From the human T2T-CHM13v2.0 reference genome, Homo sapiens, in the NCBI RefSeq assembly GCF_009914755.1, contig NC_060945.1: a DNA stretch of 64,000 nt; one strand, 5' to 3'. The notes below the pieces were generated by a model. That model made no database searches. It was given only the letters and a program-made list of their open reading frames with translations, and was not told the origin of the DNA. Position 1 is the stretch's first letter. Each line of letters starts with the position of its first letter. A program made the translations under genes and the position numbers. Of the stretch, positions 41,692 through 54,924 are shown in pieces.

Positions 41692-42108
41692 GTAGATTAG
41701 CATGCTTTAGAAATTTACTTTTCTTTAAATAATATATAACTGGATATAAAACAAAGTGAAGATTTTACTAACATTAGGTTTGGTTAATCATACCTATAGT
41801 AACCCTCAAAGTAAAACACACACTCTATTGCCCTCCTTATCCCAGCATGATACTTACAAGAACAGAAAATAGTCCAATGCATGTTAACATTTGAAACTAA
41901 AACCTAAAAAAGAATGATAAATGATATAATACTCTTCCCACAATAGGAATTATATTTCTAATTTCTGAGATATCAAAAGAAGTAACATTTAAAAAAAAAG
42001 TTGTATATCCATCCCCTAACCTTCTCTTGATTTATGTTAGAGTTTACCTTAGAAACAAACCTAACTTTACCTTAGAAACAAATATAATTCACTGGCGATG
42101 TAGCCACT

Positions 42109-42122
42109 CTTGCCATGGCAAC
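42109..42122. promoter_or_regulatory. RFX X-box motif
   Basis: CTTGCCATGGCAAC, 13/14 match to the palindromic GTTGCCATGGCAAC. Confidence 0.4.
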
Positions 42123-43599
42123 TACCATGTATGGCCAATTACTAAGATATGGCCCAGTGACTTTCAGGGACGTCTCTATACTGTACTCTGTTTACACCCA
42201 TTACAGCATTGAGCAATATCACCACAGTCTTAATTTTTAAGAATGGAAAATGAAAAGAACATTTACTGAAGAAATTGGAGGCCAGGTATGGATACTTTAG
42301 TCATTACATTTGTTTAGTGACTGTTGGCTGAATAACATACCAGGCAATGTAAACAGAGTATTTGCATTTCCCCCAAGTTTTCTCCAAGACTACCATAGAC
42401 ATGGAGCCTCAGAGTCATGCTAAATAAATATGGTTTAAAAAAGACTGACAATCAAGAATATCAAACATTAAAGAGAGCCTGATTAAGATATCTTGGGAAA
42501 TAAAAATGTTGGCAGCTGCTGGCAGTGATGTCTTTGTTACTATTTTCTAATTTCTTGCAAAGAAAGAGATGTCAATGTATCTGACAGATTCCTCTAGTTA
42601 CTACTCAGACTGGTGAAGACAAACTGCCAAAAACTGTGGGTTCTTTCACTCCAATTAATTCTCCCTTCTCCTATCTCCCTTGTTGGAATTCTATCAAGGC
42701 ACCATTTTGACCATTTTAAATTGAAGAGTCTGTCATCCACTTCTGTTACTTCTGAAGAATTTTGATTTCAAGTTCAAAACACAATTAAAATATTTACTAA
42801 GGTTAAACTAGTGTTTGAGTATCATGTGATATATATTTATTTGTTCTTGGAGTAAACATAACATTTATTTTTCCACAAACAACACTATTTTATAGATTTA
42901 TTATTTCAGAACATATGATCTGAAAAAAGATTTTAAATAACTTTTGATATAAAATGATATCTTCAAACTATTTTAATTATCAATTACTAAAATGGCTTAG
43001 GAGTTCATGATTAGAATGTATAAAGAAAATAAGGCAACTTCGAGCTTATACTACATTCTACTAAATGATAACAAACTTTTGGAATTACTATTTGTTCTAT
43101 ATCAGATAGAGTTTTACATGTTATAAAACAAAAAAAAGTTGATCAATTTTAAAACAATCTTTCTATTTATGGTTAAGTTATATCATGACAAATTCCTTCT
43201 AATGCAGAGCTTTCTGATTTTCTTAGAAAATATGTTCCAAGGTTTTAATGCCAAAACAGCAAGTAAATAATACTCCTTAAGCAGTCAACTGGCACACAAC
43301 TACCAATCCATCAAGAGTTACAGCAAAAGGAAGTAGAATAAGCCTTGGTATTTATAAAAGAAAGAGCAATCAACTCGGAGAGTAACTAGATCTGGCTCTT
43401 TCACTAATTGAAGCTGCAGAACAAGGACCAAGTCATTTGACACTAAAATTACCGCCCTCACAAATGCAACTCCAAGGTCACATCTCTATTTTTTTTTTCT
43501 TTAAGTTGAGGTCGGACAGGGTGGCAGAGACATTAGTACTTGTTCATTTTTAGTTTTCATTTATTGTGCATTTGAAGGTTATACTTCTCTGTCTCCTTT

Positions 43600-44010
43600 T
43601 AGTTAGGTGGAGCTGAAGTGATGTGTGTCACATCCAGGAAGAGCCATTTAATTGCTTATGTGAGACTCTAGCAATCTCTTGGAAATTGTAGAGGAAGATC
43701 ATGTTACAAGGGAGTTGCCACAAGATTGAAACATTCTTGATTTCTAGGTCACCAAATGGAAACAAGTTGTCCTGGATAGTCACTGCGATTCACAGTAAAC
43801 TTTCTATGAACAGGAAACAAACTGTAAATGGATTAAGTCACTCAGATTGTGTTCTGTTTTGCTACTACAGCATGATTTAGGTTATCCTGATGAATTCAGA
43901 TATTGGAACTAGAGTTAGTATGACACTATAAAAAAAATTTGAAACGTAAGGCACTGACTTAGTTGTTGGGCAATGTTCAGCTTCTAGGAATATGGCATGA
44001 GAGGCTATAA
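43600..44010 (+). mobile_element. MLT1I/J-like LTR plus start of internal region
   Basis: GAAGTGATGTGTGTCAC...TTAAGTCACTCAGATT...CTACAGCATGA...TATCCTGATGAATTCA followed by GATATTGGAACTAG. Confidence 0.6.
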
Positions 44011-45036
44011 GTAAGACAAAGGACTGCATTAGTTACGGCACAGCAAGCACCATTGTTTTGGCTCTTTTTGTACCCCGAATTCAATGGAGGTAATGTGGAA
44101 AGGCCCAGGTGGATGGTGCATACGTGGTTGGTTTGTATCATACCCGAAGAACCCTAAGTTTAAGAAATCTGAACCTTCTCTGGGCTGCAAGTAATCTGTT
44201 TGAGCTTTGCCCCAGAGAGAGAGAGAGATTGTCTTTATTTTATTGGAAAGCAAACCAATCTACCTTCTGATCCGTAGGGAGATAATATATCCTCCAAAGC
44301 TGTTTGCATGCTAACATCCTTAAAAAATTTATCTGGAACAAAGCTAGCTGGTGCCTGTGCTCAGAAGACATGCAGAAATGTAAGAAACCCATGAGAATTG
44401 CCTCCCAACCCACTATTTCTGTTTCCTTGCTTAGTCTTTCCCAATGCATCTCAAATTCTACTTCTTCATGAATTTTTTTTCTGGACTCCACCAGTCAAGT
44501 ACATTTTTCTCCTTTTAACCTTGCTGTATTTTGTGTTTCTCTTTTAAGACACATATTAGTTTGCACTTTTTCACTGTTTATGTAGTTCTTTATCACCGAA
44601 TTCTGAGTATTGGAAGTTTCTGGATAGCAGATACTGTGTTTCATTCATCCTTACATCTCTTGTAGGAGATGATACATCTTTTACCTAACTCTTATCCTAT
44701 GTTTTAGAAACTGTTTTACTAACATAATATAGCATGGAATTCTTATGAATCAGATAAGCAACAGTCCTAAGGGAGATACGGTCAAGGCATCAGAATACAA
44801 CAAAAATACCTAAAATACCTTTTAAAGTATAATTTGCTATAGTCAAATGACATTCCTGAAATATTCAATAATGAGATATTTTTGGTAGAGTGCAACCTGA
44901 AGAAAATCTAGATAACTTTGTAATTATGTTATCTGTTATAACTAGTAGCATGAAAACATTTTTCTACCATTGCTGCTGCTACCACCAGCATTTACCTCGA
45001 TCACTTTTTGCTGCTACTACCATTAGTTTGTTGCTA

Positions 45037-45929
45037 CAGCGGGTTTTCAAATTACATGTTTTAAACTTTGTTATTTTATTTTGAGATGGAGTTTTGTTCT
45101 TAGCCACACCTGGCTAATTTTATATTTTTAGTAGAGGCGGCGTTTCACCATGTTGGCCAGGCTGGTCTCAAACTCCTGACATCAAATAATCTGCCCACCT
45201 TGGCCTCTCAAAGTGCTGGGATTACAGGTGTGAGCCACCGTGCCCAGCCACATGTTTTTAACTTTAAAACAGTGCAAAAGTAATATGCATTTAGTAGAAA
45301 CCATACTTCGAATTTTGGATTTTGTTCTGTTTCCTGGCTAGCAATATATGGTACCATACCCTCTCATCATGCCGGCGAGCAGAGAAAGCTGCAGCTCCCA
45401 CTCAACCACGCAATCACAAGGGTAAACAACCGACACTTCTTACTTGATATCTTCCTTAAGAACACTGCACCTGCTAAACCATCAACAAGTGTTGATGCCC
45501 CAGTGCCTTCTATCAGCTATTCTCAAGCCTCATCAGAATAAAGAGAAATTGATGACCCTGTCACTTCAGTATTTCCATCATCCAGCAGTTAATTTTAGTT
45601 CAATGCTTTAAACATTCTTCACGCCTGGTGTGCTTTCAGTTGTGTATATTCACGGTGAGTACTCATACAACCATTCTGTTTTTCACTTTCAGTACAGTAT
45701 TCAACTAATTTAATGAGATATTCAACACCTTATTACAAAATAGGCTTTGTATGTAGATTTTGCCCAACTGCCGCCTATGTAAATGTTCTGATCACATTTA
45801 AAGGTAGGCTAGGCTAAGCTATAATGTTCTGTAGGTTACGTGTATTAAACATATTTTTGACTTACAATATTTTCAACTTGATGACAAGTTTATTGGGATG
45901 TAACACCATCGTAAGTAGATGAGCATCTG
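45037..45929 (-). mobile_element. MER47/Tigger5-derived DNA transposon
   Basis: Right end CCATCGTAAGTAGATGAGCATCTG; GGTAGGCTAGGCTAAGCTAT; left end TA-CAG...TAGAAACCATACTTCGA. Confidence 0.85.
45070..45249 (-). mobile_element. AluS with most of the right arm deleted
   Basis: TTTGAGATGGAGTTTTGTTCTT joined directly to CCACACCTGGCTAATTTT; TSD ACATGTTTT(A/T)AACTTT at 45054-45069 and 45250-45265. Confidence 0.9.
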
Positions 45930-45934
45930 AATTC

Positions 45935-46160
45935 TATAGGGTGCTAGAAACTGTGCTATACACTTCATGATATTGTCTCTTTTATTATATTTTAGAATTT
46001 TATATAGGGATATATGGATTTTTATAATCCCAAAGGTCAGATGAAGAAACAGAGGCTACCAGAGTAACCTGCCCAAATTCACGTAGTAAATAAGTGATAG
46101 AGTTGAGATTCAATTTTTTTTTTTATTTAGTGCTTAAGGCTGAATTCTTAACTATTATCA
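45935..46160 (-). mobile_element. MIR
   Basis: CAGATGAAGAAACAGAGGCT...TAACCTGCCCAA...GAGTTGAGATTCAA. Confidence 0.7.
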
Positions 46161-47389
46161 AAGTGGCCTGTGTATGAGCTTATAAAGATTCACCAGTAAA
46201 TACAACATCAACCAAGGAGGAAGGATTCTCCCATATTGATTACATTTTAAAACAAGTATTTGATTCTGTTCAACAAATTGAAGTGCCCTATTCTATTCTT
46301 AGGTACTGAGAAAGGAACTGCCATATGACTACAGATGGTCTTCACTCTTTTGATTCTTTCAGTAGTGTTTGTAGAATACCAATTTATAAATCAACTGTAA
46401 AAACAAAGAGAAAAAGAAATCAGTCAGTGGCTCTTAGAACAAGTCACAATTTTGTGATAATAAAGTACAGGATATAGTGGGTAGATTTTCCCAAATGTCA
46501 ATCAATGTGGTGATAATTTTTAAGGATTTTAATAGTTGAACTTTAACATTCAAAATCAACATCAAAGTGATATCTTGATTGTTGCCTGTTGATCATGGGA
46601 AAGGATGGTGAAGAAGGTTATTAGAGAATATTTTTTGGTGAGTGCTATTGGGCATCTTAACTCTAGTGTTCTGATTTGTACAGTCATAACCATGGCATGC
46701 TAAACCAAGCTTTCTGGATTCATTGCCATTCACTGAACCATGATATATAGAGATAACATTTTTTAATGGAAGAAATTAGGTTCTGTCTCATGTCAAGGCA
46801 TGCTATTTAAATCTGGTGACTTTTGAAGTATGAGACAGGTTTTTTTTCATTGGCTTTGGCTTTGGTTGTTTTTTTCCTTTATGAGAGTCTCACACTGCCA
46901 AGTTTTGAATTTTGCATGTTCAGGTTATTGGGGATTTTGTTTTTCTGAGTGCACGAAGAGTTCAAGTTTCTTAAAATAGGGAAAATTATTGCTCCCATTC
47001 CCCTCCCACTTAAAACATGCTTATAGTTCAACACTATTTGGTTTAGGTTAAAACTAAAAATAAGTTCTTTCAAGTTATGACTAAACAAGACAAATTTCTG
47101 CTTAAAACTGCTTCTTAAAAAGTCCTATTTGAGTGTAAAGAAAGTGGATGAAGAATGACTTTTGCTTTTGAAATTTAACCCTAACAAAAAATATCCTTTT
47201 CTGGAAAATAACTGCAACCCCAAACTACCAGTGCTTTCTAGGTGTGTGAGCAACTGTTAATATTAAAACCTGATTTTTGTTATTGATTTACTAGCCTTAG
47301 TCAGCATATCTCATTTTTAATTTTTCAGTCTTCAAAGTAGAGAGTTGCTTGATTTGCACACATTCTGGAGAAAGTACATCACCAGAATA

Positions 47390-47688
47390 CGTTGGTCAAA
47401 GAATAGGAAATTTCATTTAAACAGGAGAAATAGAGTCAAGAGATCCACATTTAATACAACATGATTTCTATAGTTAATAACAATGTATTTATTATATTCT
47501 TGAGAAGTGCTAAAAGTAGATTTGAAGTGTTCTCACCAGAAAAAAGAATAGGTGAGGGAATGCATATGTTAATTAACTCAATTTATCCATTCTGCAGTGT
47601 ATACCTCTCAAAATACTGTGTTGTACATGATAAATAAATACAAATGTTTTGGTAAACTTAAACAAATAAATGAGGGAAAAAAAAGAAA
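47390..47688 (+). mobile_element. L1MA (MA7/8-like) 3' fragment
   Basis: CTATAGTTAATAACAATGTATT...GTAGATTTGAAGTGTTCTCACCA...ATGCATATGTTAATTA. Confidence 0.8.
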
Positions 47689-48049
47689 ATATGTTATTCA
47701 CACTCTGAACATGAAAAGGTAGTTTGAAAATGCTTTCTCAGAAACACTGTCATACTTTAATAAGGCTGAGCTCATAAAAACATTGTGAGGAAGATCAATC
47801 ATTTTAGCTTCCTCTCAATTGTGCTTTTTAATGTTCCTTCTCTCCAAAGGTCTCTGCCGGCTGTTCCATTGCTATCCCAGGCCCTTCTTTTAGAAAGTCT
47901 TACTGAGATTTTTTTCTTCCTTAACAATGTTGCCTCTGGATATAGAATGTCTCCCAAGTTTTTCTTTGCATGATTCCCTTTCACCTACATCTCTTCACTT
48001 TCAACTTCCCCTCCAAAGAACCACTCAAATATAACTTTCTGATATTTTA

Positions 48050-48570
48050 TTCACCATTCATTCACTCAGCACTTACCAATATATATTCAATGTCTACTCT
48101 GGGTTAGACACTACTGTAGGCATTGAGGATGTAGGAATATACGAGACGGTAGATCCCTGACTCAAATAAGTTTATATTCTTTATAAATAAGTAGCCAAAT
48201 AAAAATAAAAGAGATTCACTAATTGTGATGGTTGCCTTGAAGGAGGTAACCATGGAGATGATGGGGAGTTACTAGATTTGGTGGTGGGTGATGGAGGCAG
48301 TGTATTAGACAGGAAGGTCAGAGAAGGTCTCTCTCAGATATTATTCTGCTTAGATTTAAAAATCTGATAAAAACCAGTTGCATTTAAAGTCAGGGGTGAA
48401 CAAGGCTCAACCTGTTGCAAGAAATGTGTCCAGAGAATGGTCTACATGTGATCAAATTATATGAGATAGGATGAAAAAGTGGGGAGGATCCTACTTATAA
48501 AAATGTCTTAAAGCCATTGTAAGATGTTTGGATTTTGCCCTAAGAACGGTGATACGCTATTGCAAAATCA
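48050..48570 (-). mobile_element. L2 LINE 3' region
   Basis: CATTCATTCACTCAGC tail, GGTCAGAGAAGGTCTCTC, GCCATTGTAAGATGTTTGGATTTT. Confidence 0.65.
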
Positions 48571-49323
48571 GTGGTTTGACAGTTCTAAAATAATGTTTTG
48601 ACCTAACAGTGTAAAGTCAGGTGTATTTCTTTGTTGACAATGCATTGTCTTGATCAAATTAGTGGTCCTACCATGAATGAAATTTCAGGCAACATGCAAA
48701 GCTATGTCTCACACTGAAGTTATAGTGAGTCTGTTAAAAATGTTTCTTTAAATCTCATTAAGTAGGCACGTGGTTATTTTGCCTAAATGGGGGGTGGTCC
48801 CTTGATAGTTTTTCCTCCCAAACACTATATTTTGAGAAACATTTAAGAAATCTGGAACATGCATTGACTTTTCGTCAGCGATATCTGTGACCTTGACATA
48901 GCCTGAAAATTTTATATTAGCTTCCAAAAATTTTAATTAATTCATTTAGAAAATTCGATTACTAAATACCATTCTCAGCATAATGCTGTATAGGTTAGTA
49001 TCAATCACATCACAGAAATGGTTGAGAATAGGGAAGTTCCTATCCTGAAGTAGTCTATACATAAATATTACTAAGAGCAAGTCTTATTAGAAGTAAGTGT
49101 TAAGCTATATTTTATGTTTCATGTTCATTATTGTTTTTGGAGTCTTTCTTTAAGCTCCAAGCAACATTATCATATATCTCATAGTATAAAATTGTTGTTT
49201 TAGTTGACCTTTCTGCAACCATTTCCCTAGTTCTTGCCCATTAATTTTGGTATAGATAAATATGATATATAGCTGGTGTAGATAAACAGGATACACAGGA
49301 GGTAGATGAAAGACCACTGGACC

Positions 49324-49507
49324 CAGGGCTGACTTCACAGATGTGCATCCAGGTCCTGTGTTCAGAAAGACCTCACTCTGCTGTCACCATCTTGAAAAGC
49401 TTATTTATTTTTCCCTTGAACCCATGTTTCTTCAGAGAGATTTGATTGGACAATGGATTGGACACTTCACATTTTATTTTCCACTGACCTCCAAAAATTA
49501 TGTCCTT
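49324..49507 (+). mobile_element. MER91-family MITE
   Basis: CAGGGCTGACTTCAC...CTCTGCTGTCACCATCTTGAAA...CATTTTATTTTCCACTG...AAATTATGT. Confidence 0.55.
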
Positions 49508-49774
49508 TTAGAGCAATCACGTCATGCACAGGTTATTAAAGCCATCATTTCCTCTGTTTCTTTGTAATCACCAGACCATGCAACCACTGTAAATATCAGC
49601 TGGGCATCAACAGCTTTGAAAGTTTTGAGGAATGAAATAAGCTTCCACGGTGCATTCCAGGATGGTAAACTACAAATAAAATATATATATATTTTTTGTA
49701 AATTGTAATAAAACTTTCTTAAAACTGTAAATCTTTTACAAAACTGTTTTTGCTAAATTCTTATGCTGTTAGAA

Positions 49775-49985
49775 CCAGCCTTTCAAACTAAGGGTCGGTA
49801 GGTCAAATTCAGCCCACAATTATGATTTGTTTGACCAACATAGAAGTTTACAAAATATGAATGTGAGTGCTTTTAAATGGGGCCTGACATTCCAGAGAGC
49901 CACTGGCCTAACCATTTAATTGTTTTTTACAAGATAATTTGTTTACCCTTCCTGGTCTTTCAGAGCATTTGAATTTGCAATTCTG
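49775..49985 (+). mobile_element. MER102-like hAT-Charlie fragment
   Basis: CAAATTCAGCCCACA...TTTGTTTGACC and 3' GCATTTGAATTTGCAATTCTG. Confidence 0.4.
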
Positions 49986-50009
49986 AGCTCTAAAGTTTAA
50001 TGTCTAAAA

Positions 50010-50190
50010 CAGTGGTTCCTAAATTTTAGCATACGTGTAAGTCACCTGGCTAGCTTGTTAAAACACATATTCCAAACTTCCTCCCTAGTATATCTGATAC
50101 AGAAGGGCTGGGGTAGAACTGGAAATTTCTAGCAAATTCCCAGGTGATGCTGGTATTGCTGGTCCAGGAACCACACTTTGAAAACCACTG
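50010..50190 (-). mobile_element. MER5A
   Basis: TIRs CAGTGGTT / AACCACTG; 8-bp TSD GTCTAAAA (50002-50009) / ATCTAAAA (50191-50198). Confidence 0.9.
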
Positions 50191-53100
50191 ATCTAAAACA
50201 GTAACTGCCATTCTTGCTATTTGCTATTAACTGCAATAAGCTTCATCTACTCAGTTATAAATGAGATTATCTAAATAAAACATACATTTTAATTAGTCAA
50301 GCTAGCTAAATAAAAAGTTTAGCTATGACAGCATACATTAACTGAAACAATTAGTGAGTCAGCCAAATTTTTCTCCCTTGAATAAAAAAGATCCTGCTAT
50401 TCACTAGTATTATTGCAATCCTATTTCAGTGTTCTCCACTTTTTTATGCACATGCTTTGCTTTTTCCAAAATTAGTAATACAGCCTTAAAATAACCCAGT
50501 TAAAAAAGTTGTAAAGTTGTCTCACCCTCAGTAAATATCAAAAGCAACGAGGTAATGGAACAAGATTGTTAAGGCTGTTGATGATTGATTCACATTGGAC
50601 AGGCTCTTATCCTACTGTCAAAAAGTGGTAAGTGCCCTAAGCCCAAGATGCCAATGTTTTCCTAGACATTTAAGAACTCAGGAATAATCATCAGATATAT
50701 GCAACTCTAAGCTGAAATAGAATACAGAGTTCAACCTGGAGTCATTTCCCTCCTCAATCACCTTTTTGAGACTTACAGTCTCAAGTCAGTCAAAGAGGAT
50801 TTCTCAGTAGTCATCATCAGTCATCAAACACTCACCTTTTAGAGGATATGTGATACTGCAAACTGGTGACTAAACTGGTTTTTCTCAATATAATGTGTCC
50901 TAAACTCCCTCTTTAGGTCTGCTTTCCATTTATTTAATAACTTTTCTTGGGTAATGGAATAGGAAATGACTTTAAGAGAAATTAACATCTTAATTTTCCC
51001 TTTTTTCATTTTTTTCTTTCTGCTTCTTTGTGTGAGGAGAAAAGGGTAATTATTAGCATGCTTTAATTTAAAGCACCAGTGGAATTTTCTCTAAATCTTG
51101 CCTTTAATGGGTTCATTAATTTTACTTATTTCTCTAACTATCATCAGGCTTAACTATAATTCATTTAGTTTTTATATTCAGATCATCCATTTTCTGTAAT
51201 AAAGGGAGATTGTGAGAATGTGAATAAATTAATTCCACAGTCCTATAATTATGTGCATAGCTTTTTAAACCACTAGGCTTCAAATCACTTGAGGATCTGT
51301 CTCATTTATCTTTGTCTCACACAATAGTGAACATAAAGTTGGTATTGTAGTAGACATTCAATAAATGTAGATCAAATTGAAATGACCCCCCCAACACACA
51401 CATAACTTTTTGCTTTCATTTCTTCTTTATTAAAGAAGGGTAATAATAATCTACATCTCGCGGGTTTCTCCAAGTGATTGTGTAAAACAATGTACTTAAA
51501 GCTCCATGCTAGGTAATAAATGAACATTCAATCTGGGTTTGCGTTTAATTATTAGTAGGCATTTTTACTACTTTCATGATTATTATTTGTATTAATGGTT
51601 CCAAACTCCCCTATGCTAAATGCTCTAATGAAGTTTATTTTCCTGAGCAAGTTAATTGAACTGGGCTACCTTGTATTTTTGTTTCTTCTGCTCAATGTTT
51701 TGTTAATTCTTTCATATTCCTGTAGTTCAATTAGTTTGATGTTGAATCTGACATCAATAAAACATTAATCTGTGGTAGATCCTGAAGACTTGGGAATATA
51801 AAATTATAAACTGTATATTTATTATATATATATATATAAACTACAATAGATCAAAAGTATACTTGAAAAACAGGACATTCCCTCTCTTTAACAGCTAATT
51901 CTAATCCCTATTGCATGTTTTACTAATACATGTCACCTCATTAAATTTCCTTTTCTCCGAAGATTTAGTCACAAAATCATGTCAGGACAAGAATTAGAAG
52001 ACCTGGGCTATTCCCTACTCTCTTTCTTTGGGTCAAATAAATCATTCAGCCTTTTCAGGATATCGGTCTCCTCAACTGTAAACCGAGTAATCTCTATCTT
52101 AGAAATAATGCTGGCCTTATGGACTTGTGAACTTTCTTTACAAGGTTGCCCAAAAGGCTGCCCAGGTTGAGCACTGCACAACTCAGTGGTGCAATTCACA
52201 TAGATGCACTCGGCAGGGATGACTGCTTCTTCTCCCTCTTTTCATCCATGGAGGAGTGGGTTAAGTAACCAGATATACCACTTTTTCCTTGCATTAAGAA
52301 GTATGGCCTATTACAGAAATTATTTACGCACATTACCAAAAACAATCAAGAGAACAGAGGATATTAACCACACTTAGAGGATTTACTTTCTGTTTTTACC
52401 ACTTAATCCTTAAATGGAATGGCTCTTGGGGATTCTCTAGAATTGAGGATTTACAGCCAGCCATAAAGACTGTTTAGGGCAGGATTATAAAACTAAAAAA
52501 AAATCAAAAATATATTCATCTAAGAACACCTTTTTTTGAGGAAAGGGTACAACCACCCACTTTTACATGCAGAATGTCCAGTAGATAGAAGAAAGCCCTA
52601 GCTATGTTTGCAGCTTATGGCACTTCACATATAGGAGAATGTGTGGCTGTGTTATAAACCCAAATGAGCACAGCTGTTAGAAATAAGGTGCTGTCTATGG
52701 AATTCAGGACTGAGGCCAGATTTGCCGCTGTAGCACATCTTTTTTTAAGCACGTGATTCCACATTTCACTTCACCACTTGATTTCAGGGAACTCAGAAAT
52801 TGCTACAGGGGAAAAAAAGCATAATCAATTCTTACTATTCACTGGAATGATGCCAATGGAAAATTAATGAGCTTTTCTGTAATTGTTGAATAGTCTCAAC
52901 TGATGAATTATTGGGCCCTCTAGGACATCATCCAAAGAGATCTACATGGTCACAGAATGTTAAAACTGGTAAAAGCCTTAGTCGTCATCTTGACTGTATC
53001 TGACCCAAGTTAAGCATGCGTGCCTCTGGCTCTGGGCTCTGCCCCTTCAGTAGGGTCTGCACTGTGCCTGCTGATGCAGGAGCAGAACTGGCTCTGACAC

Positions 53101-54620
53101 CCCGGTCTGGCCCAACTGCACACACATTGGCTGTGCTTTTTCCATCATCTGCTGGGCTCAAAGAATCAGTATGGAGGGTGAGATATGGCTTCCCTACCAG
53201 AGAAACTTGGATGGAAAACCTAAAAGTACAGAAGCATTAACAACCATTGGGGCAAGCTTTCATAGTGAGATGCAGGGAACTGAAAGGAGCCTGAAGATGC
53301 CCTCTCCTCCCTTTCTTCACGTGATAAATTTTTGAAATCTAGACATACAACATGATCTCCTGGAGACATTTGTAATGTCTAAGCAACAGACTGTTTTTCT
53401 TTGAAGGCTGTGGCCAGTTCAATAACTTCCTACCTTTTACTTGCTTTCTTTCCTTTTGTGTCTTGTTTTCCTTCTTCTTCCATGCTTGTTGCCCTGAGAT
53501 TATATCTCCTCTCTCCCCTCAAAATATAACTGTGCCAGCTTCACATGAGGCTTTTTTGTTTGTTTGTTTCAGAACTTGGGCAAGACTTGTTTACAGAAGA
53601 GGAAACTGAGACTCAGAGCAATTAAATTACTTTTCCATGGTCAAAGATTGCAAAGTATATATTTTTTAAAAGTTTGTTTCTTTTGCTCTCATTATCAGCT
53701 ATGATAAAGCTACCCTGTTATCAATATCCAACTGAAGCACCCCGCTTCACCACATAGCGTTCCCACACTTTGCAATTTATGCTGATTGTTCTCTCGATTG
53801 AGTAAAACAAATGCTTTTTGATTTTGCCTTTATTTGCATCTTTTCATCTCACAATTTCAGACGGAGCATGCCTTATCTCCATGTGAATTAAGTTCCCTGA
53901 GAACAAGGAGCCCATTTTGATTTTTTTGTTCCCCAGAGTTTTGAGTACAGCGAGGGCCTTCCATGAAGGTTTTATGAAGAGCTCCGCTTCAGTGAAAGAG
54001 AACTCTTCTCTCCAGTAACAGCAGGACTCCGGGGGAACCCTGCACCAACCACCAGAACCTATTAGAAATACCAAATGACAAATGTTTCTTATCCTCCAGT
54101 TCTCAGGCCTAGCGTTTGGCTCTTTATCTTTAACATCATTTCGTCTGCCCTTTAGCTTTTTTTGAGTCTTGCATTAATTATTTTATATGAAGAGTATATT
54201 CTGTCTGAAGGTCAAAACCTATAAGAGAACATGCTGCTTCCACTACAGCTTCCAGAAAACTTGTAAAACCTAGCATATAGTTAAGTGCCTTGAAGGTACA
54301 CATTATTAATTAAGATTTACTACATGCGTTTGATAAAGGAAAATTTGTAAAAATTATAAGTAAAAGATGATTATAGTAGGAAAAGCAATGAATTTGAAAT
54401 GAGTAGCTCGGCATTCAAATCTTAGAGTTATACCATCTGTATAACTCCCTTTCCTCTTCTATAAAATGAGGAAGGTTCCTATAGGACCCTAATCACAGGA
54501 AAGATACATAACAATGTGATTTAAATATTGTTAAGAAAAAAATATATGTCACACTTTCAAGTCAAGTCAAGCATATCTCTTTGAAATGGATAAATGAGGT
54601 AGTGCCAAGCCAAATTGCAA

Positions 54621-54924
54621 TTTTTTTTTTTTTTTTTTTTTGAGATGGAGTCGCGCTCTGTCGCCCAGTCTGGAGCGCAGTTGCACGATCTCGGCTCACT
54701 GCAAGCTCCGCCTCCCGGGTTCACGCCATTCTCCTGCCTCAGCCTCCTGAGTAGCCGGGACTGCAGGCGCCCGCCACCACGCCCGGCTAATTTTTTGTAT
54801 TTTTTTTAGTAGAGACCGGGCTTCGCTGTGTTAGCCAGGATAATCTCGATCTCTGACCTTGTGATCCGCCCGCTTCGGCCTCCCAAAGTGGTGGTATTAC
54901 AGGTGTGAGCCACCGCGCCCGGCC
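54621..54924 (-). mobile_element. AluY
   Basis: GCAAGCTCCGCCTCCCGGGTTCACGCCATTC; CpG-rich. Confidence 0.96.
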
